Source: an uncultured Acidobacteriota bacterium
GTDB taxonomy: Bacteria; Acidobacteriota; Terriglobia; UBA7540
DNA: 64,000 nt
Assembly: GCA_963804995.1 (NCBI GenBank)
Contig: CAWDSK010000002.1
Span: forward strand, 576,001 to 640,000
Direction of reading: 5' to 3'
The position numbers were made by a program, and so were the translations under genes. Of this stretch, positions 39,783-50,120 are shown in pieces (the first letter of the stretch is position 1; every line of letters begins with the position of its first letter). The notes beneath the pieces were generated by a model. It saw only the letters and a list, made by a program, of their open reading frames with translations, made no database searches and was not told where the DNA came from.

Positions 39783-42700
39783 ATGCGTTCGCCACGCTTA
39801 GCGTTCATCGCGATTCTTGCTTTCGCATTCATATGCCCCCCATCGTTATGGGCGAAGGAGAAATCCGGATATGGGATTGGCTCCTTTGCGAAGTACGTGC
39901 AGATTGCAGGCGCCACGCGGGTAGGTTCTGATACGTGTGTGCGGTGTCATGACCACGTGGCCAATGATTTCAGGCACGCGTTCCACGCCCAGCAAGGGGT
40001 GGAATGCGAGGACTGCCACGGCCCCGGAAGCCTGCACGTGGACGGCAATGGGGACGTGGCCAAGATCATCGAATTTCGTTCCCGGCCAGTCAAGGATGCC
40101 AATGGCGTTTGCCTAAGCTGCCACATCCAGAATGCGGGGGTCCGACACTGGGTGGCTGGCCCCCACGAGGCGAACAGCGTTCGATGCACGGATTGTCACC
40201 AAGTCCACGCCGCAGCCGCGCCGGGCCCGACGCCGCCCCGAATGAATTTTGACACAGCTTCCCCGGGCCACACCACGTTCGTTGAGAAATTCGTGCCGGA
40301 AAGTGGTGTGATGATGGAACGGCGGTCCGCGATAAACGATGCCTGCCTGAAGTGCCATCAGGCACAACGCGCCCAAATGCAACTTCCTTACCACCACCCG
40401 CTGCGCGAGGGAAAGCTCGACTGCGTAGATTGCCACGACCCGCATGGTGGCCCGGCGGGTAACAACCTGCGGATGGCCAATGCCAATCAACTCTGCCTGA
40501 GCTGCCACGCGCAGTACCGCGGCCCGTTCATGTACCAGCATCCTCCCGTGAATGAGAACTGCATGAATTGCCACACCCCGCACGGCTCGGCCAACACGAA
40601 TCTTCTGACCTTGAGCGAACCGGCGTTGTGTTTGCAGTGCCACATCGGCCACCACGATGGGGCCGGGTTACCCCTGGTGGACCGATGCACAGATTGTCAC
40701 AACACGATCCATGGCTCCGACGTGCCCACCGCCACCGGCGGCAGCAGATTCCTTGACAAAGGCGGAAATGGGGTGCCCAGCCTTCCTCCGCAACCGGCGA
40801 TGGCTCAGGGGTTGAACTCGCAGCGTGTCAGGGCCGCTCTGGCGCCGGTCGCCGCTCACAATCCGATGATGCTTCGAACCCGAATTCCGCAACTTCTGGC
40901 CGCCCCTCCGCCGGCTGGAACCTTCTCGGCAGGGCACCTGTCTCCCGTACCATCTCATTCTCCGGTTATGAACCTGGCGGGGATGGCATTTCCCGGGGCG
41001 CTCGCTGCCTCGCTAGGAACCTTCCCGGGCGGGATGTCGGCGATGATGGGCGGGCTCCCGGATTCCGCCCAGGCTCCCAACAGCTACTGGGGCCTGTATT
41101 TCACTCCCGGTGCTTATCGGTTCAAAAATGTGACGGGATACGGCGGCCGGGTGGGAGAGTACGACAGCCTTCAGTCTTCGGAAGGCGGTGACTTCGAAGG
41201 GGATTACGTTTCCTTGCCTCACCACCTGAGCCTGCTCACGCGCGGCACGGTTCTGACCGGTTCAGATTTTGACTTCAAATCGCGACTGACGATGGGCGAC
41301 AGCCTGGAAGTCGGAGCTGACCTGCGGAGCTTTGTGGAGCAACAGGATGATTATCCGTTCCTCTCCTCGACCATCTCTCCGGACATCACGGTCTCTGACG
41401 GCATCACCCCGGGAACCGTCTTCGGGGTGAAGAGGAGAATGGGCAACGCTTACGCCCGCGTGAAGGTACCGAAGTGGCCTGTGCATTTGTTTGTCAAGGG
41501 AAGCTGGCAGGCCAGGGTCGGCGAATGCCAGCTCAGGTATTTGGATGAGAACATCAATACCTCTTGCGGTATGACCTGCCACTATAATTCGCAGTTTCAG
41601 CGGCTGAACTACACCACGCGCGACCTGGGCGGCGGGGTGGAAGTGAACGCGCACGGGTTGGCCCTGACCTACGAGCATGATTACAGCAGCTTCAATGACC
41701 GGCTGCCGTTCCCGGTTGGCCAGTATGGCCCCATGCTGAACAAGGACGAGCCCGGTCCGGTTTTTGTGCCGGACACCCCCGCCGGCAACTATTATCTCTC
41801 CATCCCCTCTCCCAGCCGCTACTCAGCGGATCTGCTGAGCGTGAACTGGACAGCTTCACCCAAGCTGATTTTCAACGGCCAGGCCACCTACCGCCGCACA
41901 CGCGACATATTCACCAACAACCCTCAGAATGGGTTCGATGCGGATACAACCCTGAGCTGGCACCCCCACGACCGTTTACGCATCACCGGTGATTACCGCC
42001 AGCAGAACCTCGTGAATGGCTTCGTTCCTTACTACGCATTATTCGGCAACATGTCCTACCATCAGTACTGGGCAGGCCTAAAAGGCGATTATGAGTTATG
42101 GGGCCATCTTAACCTGGAGACCGAATATCATCACGCTGGCATCACGCGCTCCAACGCCTTCCTGTGGCCTCAAATCTACTCCTTTGATAACACGGACAAG
42201 CTACCGGTCGTCGCCTCCTCATCCAGCAACAAGACGGGTGTGGCATTGCACTACCACTCGAGTGGCCACTTGAATGGGCGTGCGGGCTACGAATGGACTG
42301 GTACCCACAACCCTGGCTACTTGATCGTTCCCCTGAATAACAACCGAATTTTTGGGGACGTTACCCTCACGCCGGCGCGCTGGCTGGCCTTTACCAACGA
42401 TACCAGCCTCAACGTGCAGAACGGCTTCCAGTTGATTCAACGCCGTGATCGTTTCTATGCCGAGACGGCAAGCGCGACCCTAACCCCCGTGCCCTTTTGG
42501 ACGCTGGCTCTCGGATATTCGTACCAGCAGGACAATCTTGCCACGTACATGGGCTTCCAACACGACACTGTAGCCGGCTATGTTATAGACGAACCCTTCG
42601 TCCCCTTCCGCCAGCTCAGCCAAACCTATTGGGTTCAATCTGGGTACAAATTAAAGGATCGCTTCGGACTGAACCTGTCGCTCGCGCACAGCTCGGCACA

Positions 42701-43007
42701 TAGCGGAATGCGGCCGGACGTAAACCCAAACGACTACTTGCTGTTAGGCAACGGGCCACTTGTGCAGGACGGCACTTTCCTCCCGGACGTTTTCCAGCAG
42801 GCCCTGACGCAAGGGCTCGCCTACGGAGCACAGGCAACGCAGGTCGACGTGCCCCAGTTCATTGGTCAAGGCAAAGTCTACTATTTACTGCCACACGGAC
42901 TTGACGCGGGCGTCCTCCTCTATTACGGCAGCTATCGGGATTACACCAATCCGAGCCTGAATGGAATCCTCCGGTCGTACAGTATCTACTTCGGCCGCTC
43001 CTGGTAA
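39783..43007 (+). CDS. Decaheme cytochrome c (MtrA/DmsE/PioA-type) fused to an MtrB/PioB-like outer-membrane beta-barrel (1074 aa)
   Basis: AAGGAG RBS and signal peptide; ten CxxCH motifs (39936-40700) with HHPLREG..C..CH.PHG and GPF.YQHPPV.ENC..CH.PHGS; linker; beta-strand domain ending YFGRSW. Confidence 0.85.
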   Translation: MRSPRLAFIAILAFAFICPPSLWAKEKSGYGIGSFAKYVQIAGATRVGSDTCVRCHDHVANDFRHAFHAQQGVECEDCHGPGSLHVDGNGDVAKIIEFRSRPVKDANGVCLSCHIQNAGVRHWVAGPHEANSVRCTDCHQVHAAAAPGPTPPRMNFDTASPGHTTFVEKFVPESGVMMERRSAINDACLKCHQAQRAQMQLPYHHPLREGKLDCVDCHDPHGGPAGNNLRMANANQLCLSCHAQYRGPFMYQHPPVNENCMNCHTPHGSANTNLLTLSEPALCLQCHIGHHDGAGLPLVDRCTDCHNTIHGSDVPTATGGSRFLDKGGNGVPSLPPQPAMAQGLNSQRVRAALAPVAAHNPMMLRTRIPQLLAAPPPAGTFSAGHLSPVPSHSPVMNLAGMAFPGALAASLGTFPGGMSAMMGGLPDSAQAPNSYWGLYFTPGAYRFKNVTGYGGRVGEYDSLQSSEGGDFEGDYVSLPHHLSLLTRGTVLTGSDFDFKSRLTMGDSLEVGADLRSFVEQQDDYPFLSSTISPDITVSDGITPGTVFGVKRRMGNAYARVKVPKWPVHLFVKGSWQARVGECQLRYLDENINTSCGMTCHYNSQFQRLNYTTRDLGGGVEVNAHGLALTYEHDYSSFNDRLPFPVGQYGPMLNKDEPGPVFVPDTPAGNYYLSIPSPSRYSADLLSVNWTASPKLIFNGQATYRRTRDIFTNNPQNGFDADTTLSWHPHDRLRITGDYRQQNLVNGFVPYYALFGNMSYHQYWAGLKGDYELWGHLNLETEYHHAGITRSNAFLWPQIYSFDNTDKLPVVASSSSNKTGVALHYHSSGHLNGRAGYEWTGTHNPGYLIVPLNNNRIFGDVTLTPARWLAFTNDTSLNVQNGFQLIQRRDRFYAETASATLTPVPFWTLALGYSYQQDNLATYMGFQHDTVAGYVIDEPFVPFRQLSQTYWVQSGYKLKDRFGLNLSLAHSSAHSGMRPDVNPNDYLLLGNGPLVQDGTFLPDVFQQALTQGLAYGAQATQVDVPQFIGQGKVYYLLPHGLDAGVLLYYGSYRDYTNPSLNGILRSYSIYFGRSW

Positions 43008-43419
43008 ATCCGCTCCTTTTTCCGCAGGGCGAAGGGAGCAAGGTAGGGGGCATCATTTAGTTCGGCGCTGGCAGGGGATTTGGCCTGGAAGTCGCCTTCG
43101 AGGAAGCTTGGGGTGGCACTGCACTCGCTGGGATAGACCGCGCACGTCGTAGGGTGAAGCAAAGTCGCTCAACTCCTGCATCTTCGCCAAATCAGAAGTG
43201 ATCGAAGATTCGCCTTTCAAATTGGCCCTCCGCCCCAGGCCGAGACGCTGTGAAGAATCCTGCTGTAGCGTCCCGATTTATCGGGACAACGCCGGTCCCA
43301 GCCCCGCACGCACGGGATTCAACTATTCCAAGGGCTCACGTTTTTTTTCATCAAGGCACGAATCCACGGTAGAGCCCTGGGAGAAAAAACCAACTGTGAC
43401 CTCCTAAAATGAGGGTGGG

Positions 43420-43628
43420 TTTGAGGTGGCACGGCCCACCTGCCCCGATCCATCGGGGTCTTGGCCGTGACTGGGCGCGGGCGGGAGAAGGTGTGAAAAA
43501 ATCGTCTAGAACCTTCTTACCGCAGAGGCGCTGAGGCGCAGAGGAATGAAAATAAAGGTCCTTTTCTCTGCGCCTCCGCGGTAAGAATACTATTTCTTCA
43601 CACCTTCGGCTGCCCGTGGCACCTCAAA
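43420..43628. repeat. Three-level nested inverted-repeat element
   Basis: Outer tttgaggtggcacgg / ccgtggcacctcaaa; middle gaaggtgtgaa (43487) / ttcacaccttc (43607); inner ttcttaccgc.gaggcgc (43514) / gcgcctc.gcggtaagaa (43587). Confidence 0.7.
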
Positions 43629-43747
43629 ATAAGTCGCGGCCTGAGGTTGCGGGGGTGGATTTCTAGGAGCACGACACCTTATTATGGAGAGCCCAGCGTC
43701 ACGAGGCATCGCTGGATTCTCCTCTTTTTTCATGGGAGGCCCTCCGG

Positions 43748-45262
43748 TTGTCGAACCCACGCTTGCACTTCATCTTGACGGCCCACACTTGGATACGGCT
43801 GGCGAGGACTTTCCAGACCCTGACCGCTTTTCGAAAGATCATTCGTGCCGCGGCACGTGTCTTGATGCTCGCCGGGACAGCCCACCTGTGGTGCGTGCTA
43901 TCCTTGGCGCAGGACGATGCTCTTTCGCGGCCCGTCTATCAGAACCTGCGACAGAACGAGGATTGGTCGGTATTGGCGAACCCCGGAGGAGTTCAGGGTC
44001 ACGACTTCTTCGATCCCATTAAATACATTCCCCTGACCGACGATGGCTCGATTTGGCTGAGCCTGGGAGGCCAGGTTCGCGAACGGGTGGAGAACTGGAA
44101 CGAGTTCAATTTTGGAGCCCCGATTACGGCTGTCCATGACGACACGTTTCTTTATTCACGGCTGATGTGGCACGCGGATCTGCACCTGGGGTCAGTCGTC
44201 CGCATCTTCCTGCAAGAACGGAGCGCCTTTTCGACTCATCGGTCGCTCACCGGCGGCGTCAAAGGAAATGTGGACGAACTGGATTTCGAAAACGCTTTTA
44301 TTGATGTGAAAGTTCCGGTCTCCGAAAGTGCCCGGCTCACGCTGCGCGCCGGAGAGCAGGAAATTGCCTTTGGGAGGGAGAGGTTTGTCGGTGCGTCGGA
44401 TTGGACGAATACCCGGCGGACGTGGTACGGCTTTTCAGGAATCCTGGATTCGGGAAAATCCAACCTTACGTTTTTCTGGGGGCGTCCCGTTCGAATAACA
44501 GAATATCATTTCAATCCTCCTGATTCCGGAACGCAGCTCTATGGGCTGGATTTCAATCGCAAGCTGCCCGCGCCCTGGGGAAACTTGGAGTTGTATTGGT
44601 ACGGGTTGAATAACCGGTCCGCGACTTACGACGGGACAACCGGCCCGGAGAACCGGCACACCTTTGGCGGGCGCAATCTGAACCAGATTGGCAACTCGGG
44701 CTTCGATTATGACTTGGAGGGAAACGTCCAAGTCGGCTCATTGGGAATGCGCAGCATCCGAGCGGGCTCAATCGCGCCCCAGTTGGGCTATACCGTGCGC
44801 AAGATCCGGGGTACTCCCCGCTTCTATTTCGGTAGCGACTATGCGAGCGGCGGCCATCCAGGCACAGGTAGTGTGGGATCCTTCAACGTGCTGTTCCCGA
44901 CTTCGCATGACACTCTGGGCTACGCCGACATCGTGGGCCGGGAGAACGTGATCGATTTGAACGGAGGCGTGGGCGTTAACCCGGCCCGTAAGTGGAAGGT
45001 TCGCCTCAACACCTACTCCTATTGGCGCGCTTCGACAAGCGATGCCTTTTATGATAAGCGTGGCGCGGTCATCCGGGCGGCCAGCCTTGGCACCGCGAGA
45101 AAAACGGGAGCGGAAGCGGACTTGACAGTCCGATACCAGCATGACGTTCATACCGTCATCCAACTTGGGTACAGCCACTTCTTCCCCGGACCGTTTGTGC
45201 TGCAGTCAGGCCCTCACGAGCCCGTGGATTTCCTCTATACCTTTCTTCAGTTCACATTTTGA
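43748..45262 (+). CDS. Alginate export (AlgE-like) outer-membrane beta-barrel; start codon uncertain
   Basis: LRQNEDWS..DPIKYIPL..WLSLGGQVRERVE, RAGEQEIAFG.ERFVG, C-terminal Phe. Confidence 0.8.
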   Translation: MSNPRLHFILTAHTWIRLARTFQTLTAFRKIIRAAARVLMLAGTAHLWCVLSLAQDDALSRPVYQNLRQNEDWSVLANPGGVQGHDFFDPIKYIPLTDDGSIWLSLGGQVRERVENWNEFNFGAPITAVHDDTFLYSRLMWHADLHLGSVVRIFLQERSAFSTHRSLTGGVKGNVDELDFENAFIDVKVPVSESARLTLRAGEQEIAFGRERFVGASDWTNTRRTWYGFSGILDSGKSNLTFFWGRPVRITEYHFNPPDSGTQLYGLDFNRKLPAPWGNLELYWYGLNNRSATYDGTTGPENRHTFGGRNLNQIGNSGFDYDLEGNVQVGSLGMRSIRAGSIAPQLGYTVRKIRGTPRFYFGSDYASGGHPGTGSVGSFNVLFPTSHDTLGYADIVGRENVIDLNGGVGVNPARKWKVRLNTYSYWRASTSDAFYDKRGAVIRAASLGTARKTGAEADLTVRYQHDVHTVIQLGYSHFFPGPFVLQSGPHEPVDFLYTFLQFTF

Positions 45263-45379
45263 TAAGAGTAAGACGCGATCCGCTTCAACATTGATAACCT
45301 GCCCGGATGTGGCCCAGCGCCCCTGCGGAGAACCACGTTGAGGTCTGTCCGCCTTGAGCTGACCCACTACCGTCGGTCT

Positions 45380-45467
45380 GGTAGTGTCGCAGTTTGATGT
45401 AGAGGCGGCTTTACGCCGCCATATGGCGAGGTAAACTCGCCGCTACATCATCAAACTGAGACACCCC
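45380..45467. mobile_element. MITE carrying a REP, with 8-bp duplication GTCGGTCT
   Basis: ggtagtgtcgcagtttga / tcaaactgagacacccc; flanks 45372-45379 and 45468-45475. Confidence 0.7.
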
Positions 45468-45596
45468 GTCGGTCTACCCGGCTTCTCGTTTCCGCGCCAG
45501 CTATGTTACGATGCATGATTAGCGAAATTTCGCCGAAACGCTAATCGACGAGGCCCCGGCGGGTCTCGGAAGGCCTCCAGGGGAATATCGAAATCA

Positions 45597-46751
45597 GTGA
45601 GCTCAACCACTCCTCTACGTCCACGCATTTTGAGCGGCATGCGCCCCACGGGCAAGCTGCATCTCGGGAATCTCGTGGGCGCTCTACAGAATTGGGTGAA
45701 GCTTCAGGACGAGTATGACAGCTTTCACTTCGTCGCCGACTGGCACATGCTGACCACCGGATACGAAAATACACGCGACCTGCGGCAGGACACCTGGGAA
45801 ATGGTCGCCGACTGGCTGGCCTGCGGGCTGGATCCCACGAAAGCCACTTTCTTTGTCCAGTCGCGCTTGCCGGAGCACGCGGAGTTGCACCTGCTCTTCT
45901 CCATGGTGACGCCGCTGGGGTGGCTTGAGCGCGTGCCCACTTACAAGGAGCAACTCGAAAACATTCGAGACCGCGACATCAACACGTATGGCTTCCTCGG
46001 TTATCCGCTGCTGCAGGCCGCGGACATCCTGATGTATAAGGCCAACGCGGTGCCCGTGGGTGAAGACCAGGTACCGCACGTGGAGTTGACGCGCGAAGTG
46101 GCGCGACGGTTTAACCTGATTTTTGGCGAACTCCGGGCAGTAAACGCTGTGGGAACTAGTGCCGGTCGTCCGCTGAGTGGGGGCCGGGGTTCGGAGGCGA
46201 ATGCTTCCGGCGATTTCTCGAAGGCATCCCTCGACCAGAAAGCGGAGTTCTTGAACAAGGGGCTGGCTGAGCTTCGCCCGATCTTCCCGGAGCCGGAGGC
46301 TCTGCTGACTTCCGCTCCCCGCCTTCCGGGCACCGACGGTCGCAAGATGTCGAAGAGTTACGCCAACGCCATATTCCTCACCGACGCGCCGGCAGCAGTC
46401 TCAAAGAAGCTGGCCGGCTACATGACGGATCCGGCACGCAAGCGACGCACCGACCCCGGCGATCCTGACGTTTGTCCGGTGTTCGACCTGCACAAGATAT
46501 TTTCGCCTTCCGAGGTTATTGAGCGTGTCAACCGTGAGTGCCGCACCGCGGAGATCGGCTGCGTGGATTGCAAAAAGCTGGCGGCCGGTCATCTGAACAA
46601 TTTTCTTGGCCCGATTCAGGAACGGCGAAAACCCTACGAGCAGAATCCTCAAAAGGTGTGGGATGTCCTCGAGGAAGGAACCGCGAAAGCCCGCAAGGTT
46701 GCGCAGGAGACGATGGCGGAGGTCCGCAAGGCCGTGAATCTTATGCCATGA
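45597..46751 (+). CDS. trpS: Tryptophan--tRNA ligase
   Basis: SGMRPTGKLHLGN (HIGH), YPLLQAADIL, VPVGEDQ, KMSKS. Confidence 0.97.
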   Translation: MSSTTPLRPRILSGMRPTGKLHLGNLVGALQNWVKLQDEYDSFHFVADWHMLTTGYENTRDLRQDTWEMVADWLACGLDPTKATFFVQSRLPEHAELHLLFSMVTPLGWLERVPTYKEQLENIRDRDINTYGFLGYPLLQAADILMYKANAVPVGEDQVPHVELTREVARRFNLIFGELRAVNAVGTSAGRPLSGGRGSEANASGDFSKASLDQKAEFLNKGLAELRPIFPEPEALLTSAPRLPGTDGRKMSKSYANAIFLTDAPAAVSKKLAGYMTDPARKRRTDPGDPDVCPVFDLHKIFSPSEVIERVNRECRTAEIGCVDCKKLAAGHLNNFLGPIQERRKPYEQNPQKVWDVLEEGTAKARKVAQETMAEVRKAVNLMP

Positions 46752-46893
46752 AAGGGAGTAATCAGCCCTCAGCCGTCAGTTAGCGTCCCCTTCCTCAGCC
46801 CTTCTTCCTTGGAGAGGGTAGCAGAGGACAAAGGCCGGGTGAGGGGTTTCGAAAGCTGAAAGCTGAGAGCTGATAGCTGAAGGCTTTTTTCGT

Positions 46894-47774
46894 ATGATCG
46901 ACGAGCCTCGTGAGCCAAACCCGGAGACGCCCGAAGCGGGAGGCCCTGCGGAAGCAGCGCTTCCAGCCGCCAAGCGCGTTTCTCACGGCACGGCGCCGCC
47001 TCCGCCCATCAAGCTGGCGGCTTACGAAGGCCCCCTTGACCTGTTGCTCGACCTGATCCGCAAGCAGCAGGTTAATATCTATGACATCCCCATCGCCAGG
47101 ATCACGCAACAATATCTCAACTATCTCCACATGATGGAGGAGTTGAACATCGACGTGGCCGGTGAATTTATTTTCATGGCGGCCACGCTTATCTACATCA
47201 AATCGCGGATGCTGTTGCCCGTCGACCCCACGGCTCCCCCGAGGAGCAGGAAGATCCGCGTGCCGAACTCGTCCACCGGCTGCTTGAGCACGAGCAGTTC
47301 AAGAATGCTGCGGAAATGCTGAACTCCAAGCGCATGGTGGAAGACGCCATGTGGTCGCAGGCCGGCATCGGCGAATTTGCGGAGGCGGAAGACGAGCCGG
47401 GGATCGCGGTGTCAGTATTTGATCTGATTTCCGTGTTCCGGGAAATTCTGGAACGCGCCAAGAAACGGACCCAGATTCAGATCAAGCGGGAAGAAGTCAG
47501 TGTGGCGCAGATGGTCGAGCACGTGAAGCAAGTGCTACGCCGCAGCTCCGGGCCCGTTCCCATTGAGGACCTGATTGGTGATTTCCTCTGGCGGCAGGCA
47601 CTGATTGCTCTGTTCCTGGCGCTGCTCGAACTGGTGCGGCTGCGTGCCGTATTGCTCCGGCAGAAGGACCTCTTCACACCCATCACCGTGGCGAAGAGCC
47701 GTAGGTTTGATGAAATCCTCACGGCCACAACCGCGCAGGAATTGGCGGCAGGTTTGGATGAAAGTTTTAGCTAG
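46894..47774 (+). CDS. scpA: Segregation and condensation protein A; probable 1-nt indel near 47240
   Basis: [46 protein letters not shown]. Confidence 0.9.
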
Positions 47775-47873
47775 TTGGCTGTCACTTTTGGCCGTCGAAA
47801 AATGAAACTCGCACCGATTTTTGGTTTTCGAGTTTCGACGTGATTGCCACGAACCACAAACATCTTATGCTAA

Positions 47874-48734
47874 GTGACGAACATTCTGAAGGCCCTCATC
47901 GAGGGCATCATCTATGTGGCGCCGGAGCCGGTCCCGCTGGACGTGATCTTGAAAACCCTGGAAGGCGAGGAGCGCGAGCGGATAAAAGCCAAGCTCGAAG
48001 AGTTGGTCGCCGATTACGAGCAGAACCAGCACGGCATTCAGATCAGGCAGGTGGCGAGCGGTTACAAGTTCTCAACCAAGGCTGAGCACCACGAAGTATT
48101 GCGGAAATATGTGAAGAGCTTGAAGCCACCGGTACGACTTTCGAAGCCGGCGCTCGAAACGCTGGCGGTCATCGCCTACCGGCAGCCCGTGACGCTCCCG
48201 GAAATCGAGGAGATTCGCGGCGTGGACACAGGCGGCGTCATCCACACGCTGATGGAAAAGAAGTTGGTGGTGACGGCGGGGCGGAAGAGCGTGGTAGGGC
48301 GGCCAATTCTCTACCGCACTTCGCGCGACTTCCTGGTGCACTTCGGATTGAAGGATGTGGGGGAGCTTCCCAGCCTGAAGGAATTCGAGGAGCTGGCCAA
48401 GCGCGCGCTGGGCTCCGAGTGGGCTGCGGAAGCACAAGCCGCCGGCCTCGAACCCGCGCCGGCTGCAATTGCGGAGCCTTCTGACTCAACGGCTGGAGAA
48501 GCTTCAGCGCCGACGGTCACGGAACCCGCGACTTCAACCGGAACGGAGACCGCTCCCGAACCAAGCGAGAAAGCGGTAGCACCGGCGAGCGAATCCACCG
48601 CTGCAGAGCCGGCCGCACCCAGTGAAGAAAATGCTTTACCACCTGCAGAACCCGCCCCTTCCTCCGCAGAGGGAGCCGCGTCCGGGGAGAATCAGGAAGG
48701 AACAGCTCCGGCAAGCGAATCGACTGAGAACTGA
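47874..48734 (+). CDS. scpB: SMC-Scp complex subunit ScpB with low-complexity C-terminal tail
   Basis: LSKPALETLAVIAYRQPVT..IEEIRGV, GRPILYRT..FLVHFGL..LP. Confidence 0.93.
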   Translation: MTNILKALIEGIIYVAPEPVPLDVILKTLEGEERERIKAKLEELVADYEQNQHGIQIRQVASGYKFSTKAEHHEVLRKYVKSLKPPVRLSKPALETLAVIAYRQPVTLPEIEEIRGVDTGGVIHTLMEKKLVVTAGRKSVVGRPILYRTSRDFLVHFGLKDVGELPSLKEFEELAKRALGSEWAAEAQAAGLEPAPAAIAEPSDSTAGEASAPTVTEPATSTGTETAPEPSEKAVAPASESTAAEPAAPSEENALPPAEPAPSSAEGAASGENQEGTAPASESTEN

Positions 48735-48756
48735 AATCAGACTTCGGACCCTATCT

Positions 48757-49480
48757 ATGCAACAGCGCCTTCAGAAGATCATTGCTGACGCCGGGCTTAC
48801 TTCGCGCCGCAAGGCCGAACAGATAATTCTGGAAGGCCGTGTCAGCGTCAACGGTGAAGTGGTCAGCAAGCTTGGATCAAAGGCCGATCCCGACCGCGAC
48901 AAAATCCGCGTGGACGGCCGCCTCATGAAGCCGGTCACCCAGCACGTCTATCTGCTGCTCAACAAACCCGTGGGTTACGTCTCTACGGTCAGCGACCCGG
49001 AGCATCGGCCCACGGTGATGACTCTGGTGCGCGGAATCAAGGAGCGGGTCTATCCGGTGGGAAGACTGGACTATCACTCCTCGGGCTTGATGATTCTGAC
49101 CAACGACGGCGAGCTGGCGAATTTTCTGATGTCGGCCGCTTCGGCTATCCCCAGAACCTATCAGGTGAAACTGCCGGGTTCCCCGCAGGCCTGCCGAGCT
49201 TGCCAAACTGCAAAGCGGCATGGTCCTCAACGGACGCCGGACAGCGCCCTGCCAGATCCGCCCCCTTGCTCAAAGCGACAGACCCTGGTATGAAATCACG
49301 CTTGTCGAGGGCCGCTACCACCAGGTTCGGCGCATGTTCGAGCGCATCGGACAACCGGTGGTAAAGTTAAAGCGGGTGGGGATCGCGTTCCTCACTGACC
49401 ATGGCCTTGGGCCGGGCCGGTTTCGCCACCTGACACGAGCTGAAGTTGAGCGGTTGAAAAGCTGGAAGGGGACAAAGTAG
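48757..49480 (+). CDS. rluB: rRNA pseudouridine synthase (RluB/RsuA family); probable 1-nt indel near 49185
   Basis: RLQKIIADAGLTSRRKAE (S4 domain), LNKPVGY, PVGRLD, LTNDGELA, EGRYHQVRRMF. Confidence 0.88.
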
Positions 49481-49685
49481 GGAAAGTCCAAGTCCCTTCT
49501 TGTGTAGGGTCCACACCTCCCCCAGACTCCACGCCGCGATCTTCCATTCACGACTTCCTTCCGCCCTGGTCTTCGTGCTGCCCTCCCCGGTGAGGCTTGG
49601 CATGCGTTGAAGGAAACTTCCGACCTCGCTAAACTATGAGGTCACCCAACCATTGGCTTCAAGACAGCTGTCGAGGGTGGTGTTA

Positions 49686-50096
49686 ATGGTTGACTCAATC
49701 AAGGAAATCCTCGAGCACGGCAAGACGCTGGCGGTGGTGGGTCTTTCGTCGAAAGTCATGCGCCCAAGCCACGGCGTAGCGGAATATATGCAGAGCCACG
49801 GATATCGGATCATTCCCGTGAACCCGCATGAGGAATCAGTTTTGGGTGAGAAGGGATATGCCTCACTCGACGAAGTCCCGGAGACTGTCGACATCGTGGT
49901 GATTTTCCGTCGTCCGGAGTTCGTGCCGGAAGTTGTGGAAGCCGCAATTCGCAAGGGCGCGAAGGTGGTGTGGATGCAAGAAGGTGTGATCCACGAGGGA
50001 GCTGCGGAGACCGCTCGCCGAGCGGGTCTCGATGTCGTCATGGACCGCTGCATTCTGAAAGAACACGCCAAACGATTTGTAACCGAAGGGATTTAA
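49686..50096 (+). CDS. CoA-binding protein (YccU-like)
   Basis: AVVGLS...GYRIIPVNP...VDIVVIFR...VWMQEG...VVMDRC. Confidence 0.9.
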   Translation: MVDSIKEILEHGKTLAVVGLSSKVMRPSHGVAEYMQSHGYRIIPVNPHEESVLGEKGYASLDEVPETVDIVVIFRRPEFVPEVVEAAIRKGAKVVWMQEGVIHEGAAETARRAGLDVVMDRCILKEHAKRFVTEGI

Positions 50097-50120
50097 GAGA
50101 AACCCGCCCGCCATCCGCCT

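Noticed and set aside
46120..46280. Roughly 45-aa insertion in TrpS as an intein or REP insert
   Set aside because: No intein termini and no recognisable REP hairpin; TrpS often has variable inserts at this position
46760..46882. Heptamer repeats (AGCTGAN) between trpS and scpA
   Set aside because: Short intergenic heptamer/inverted repeat, probably terminator-like; nothing further can be supported
48420..48734. Pro/Ala/Glu/Ser-rich ScpB tail
   Set aside because: Low-complexity tails are common in ScpB
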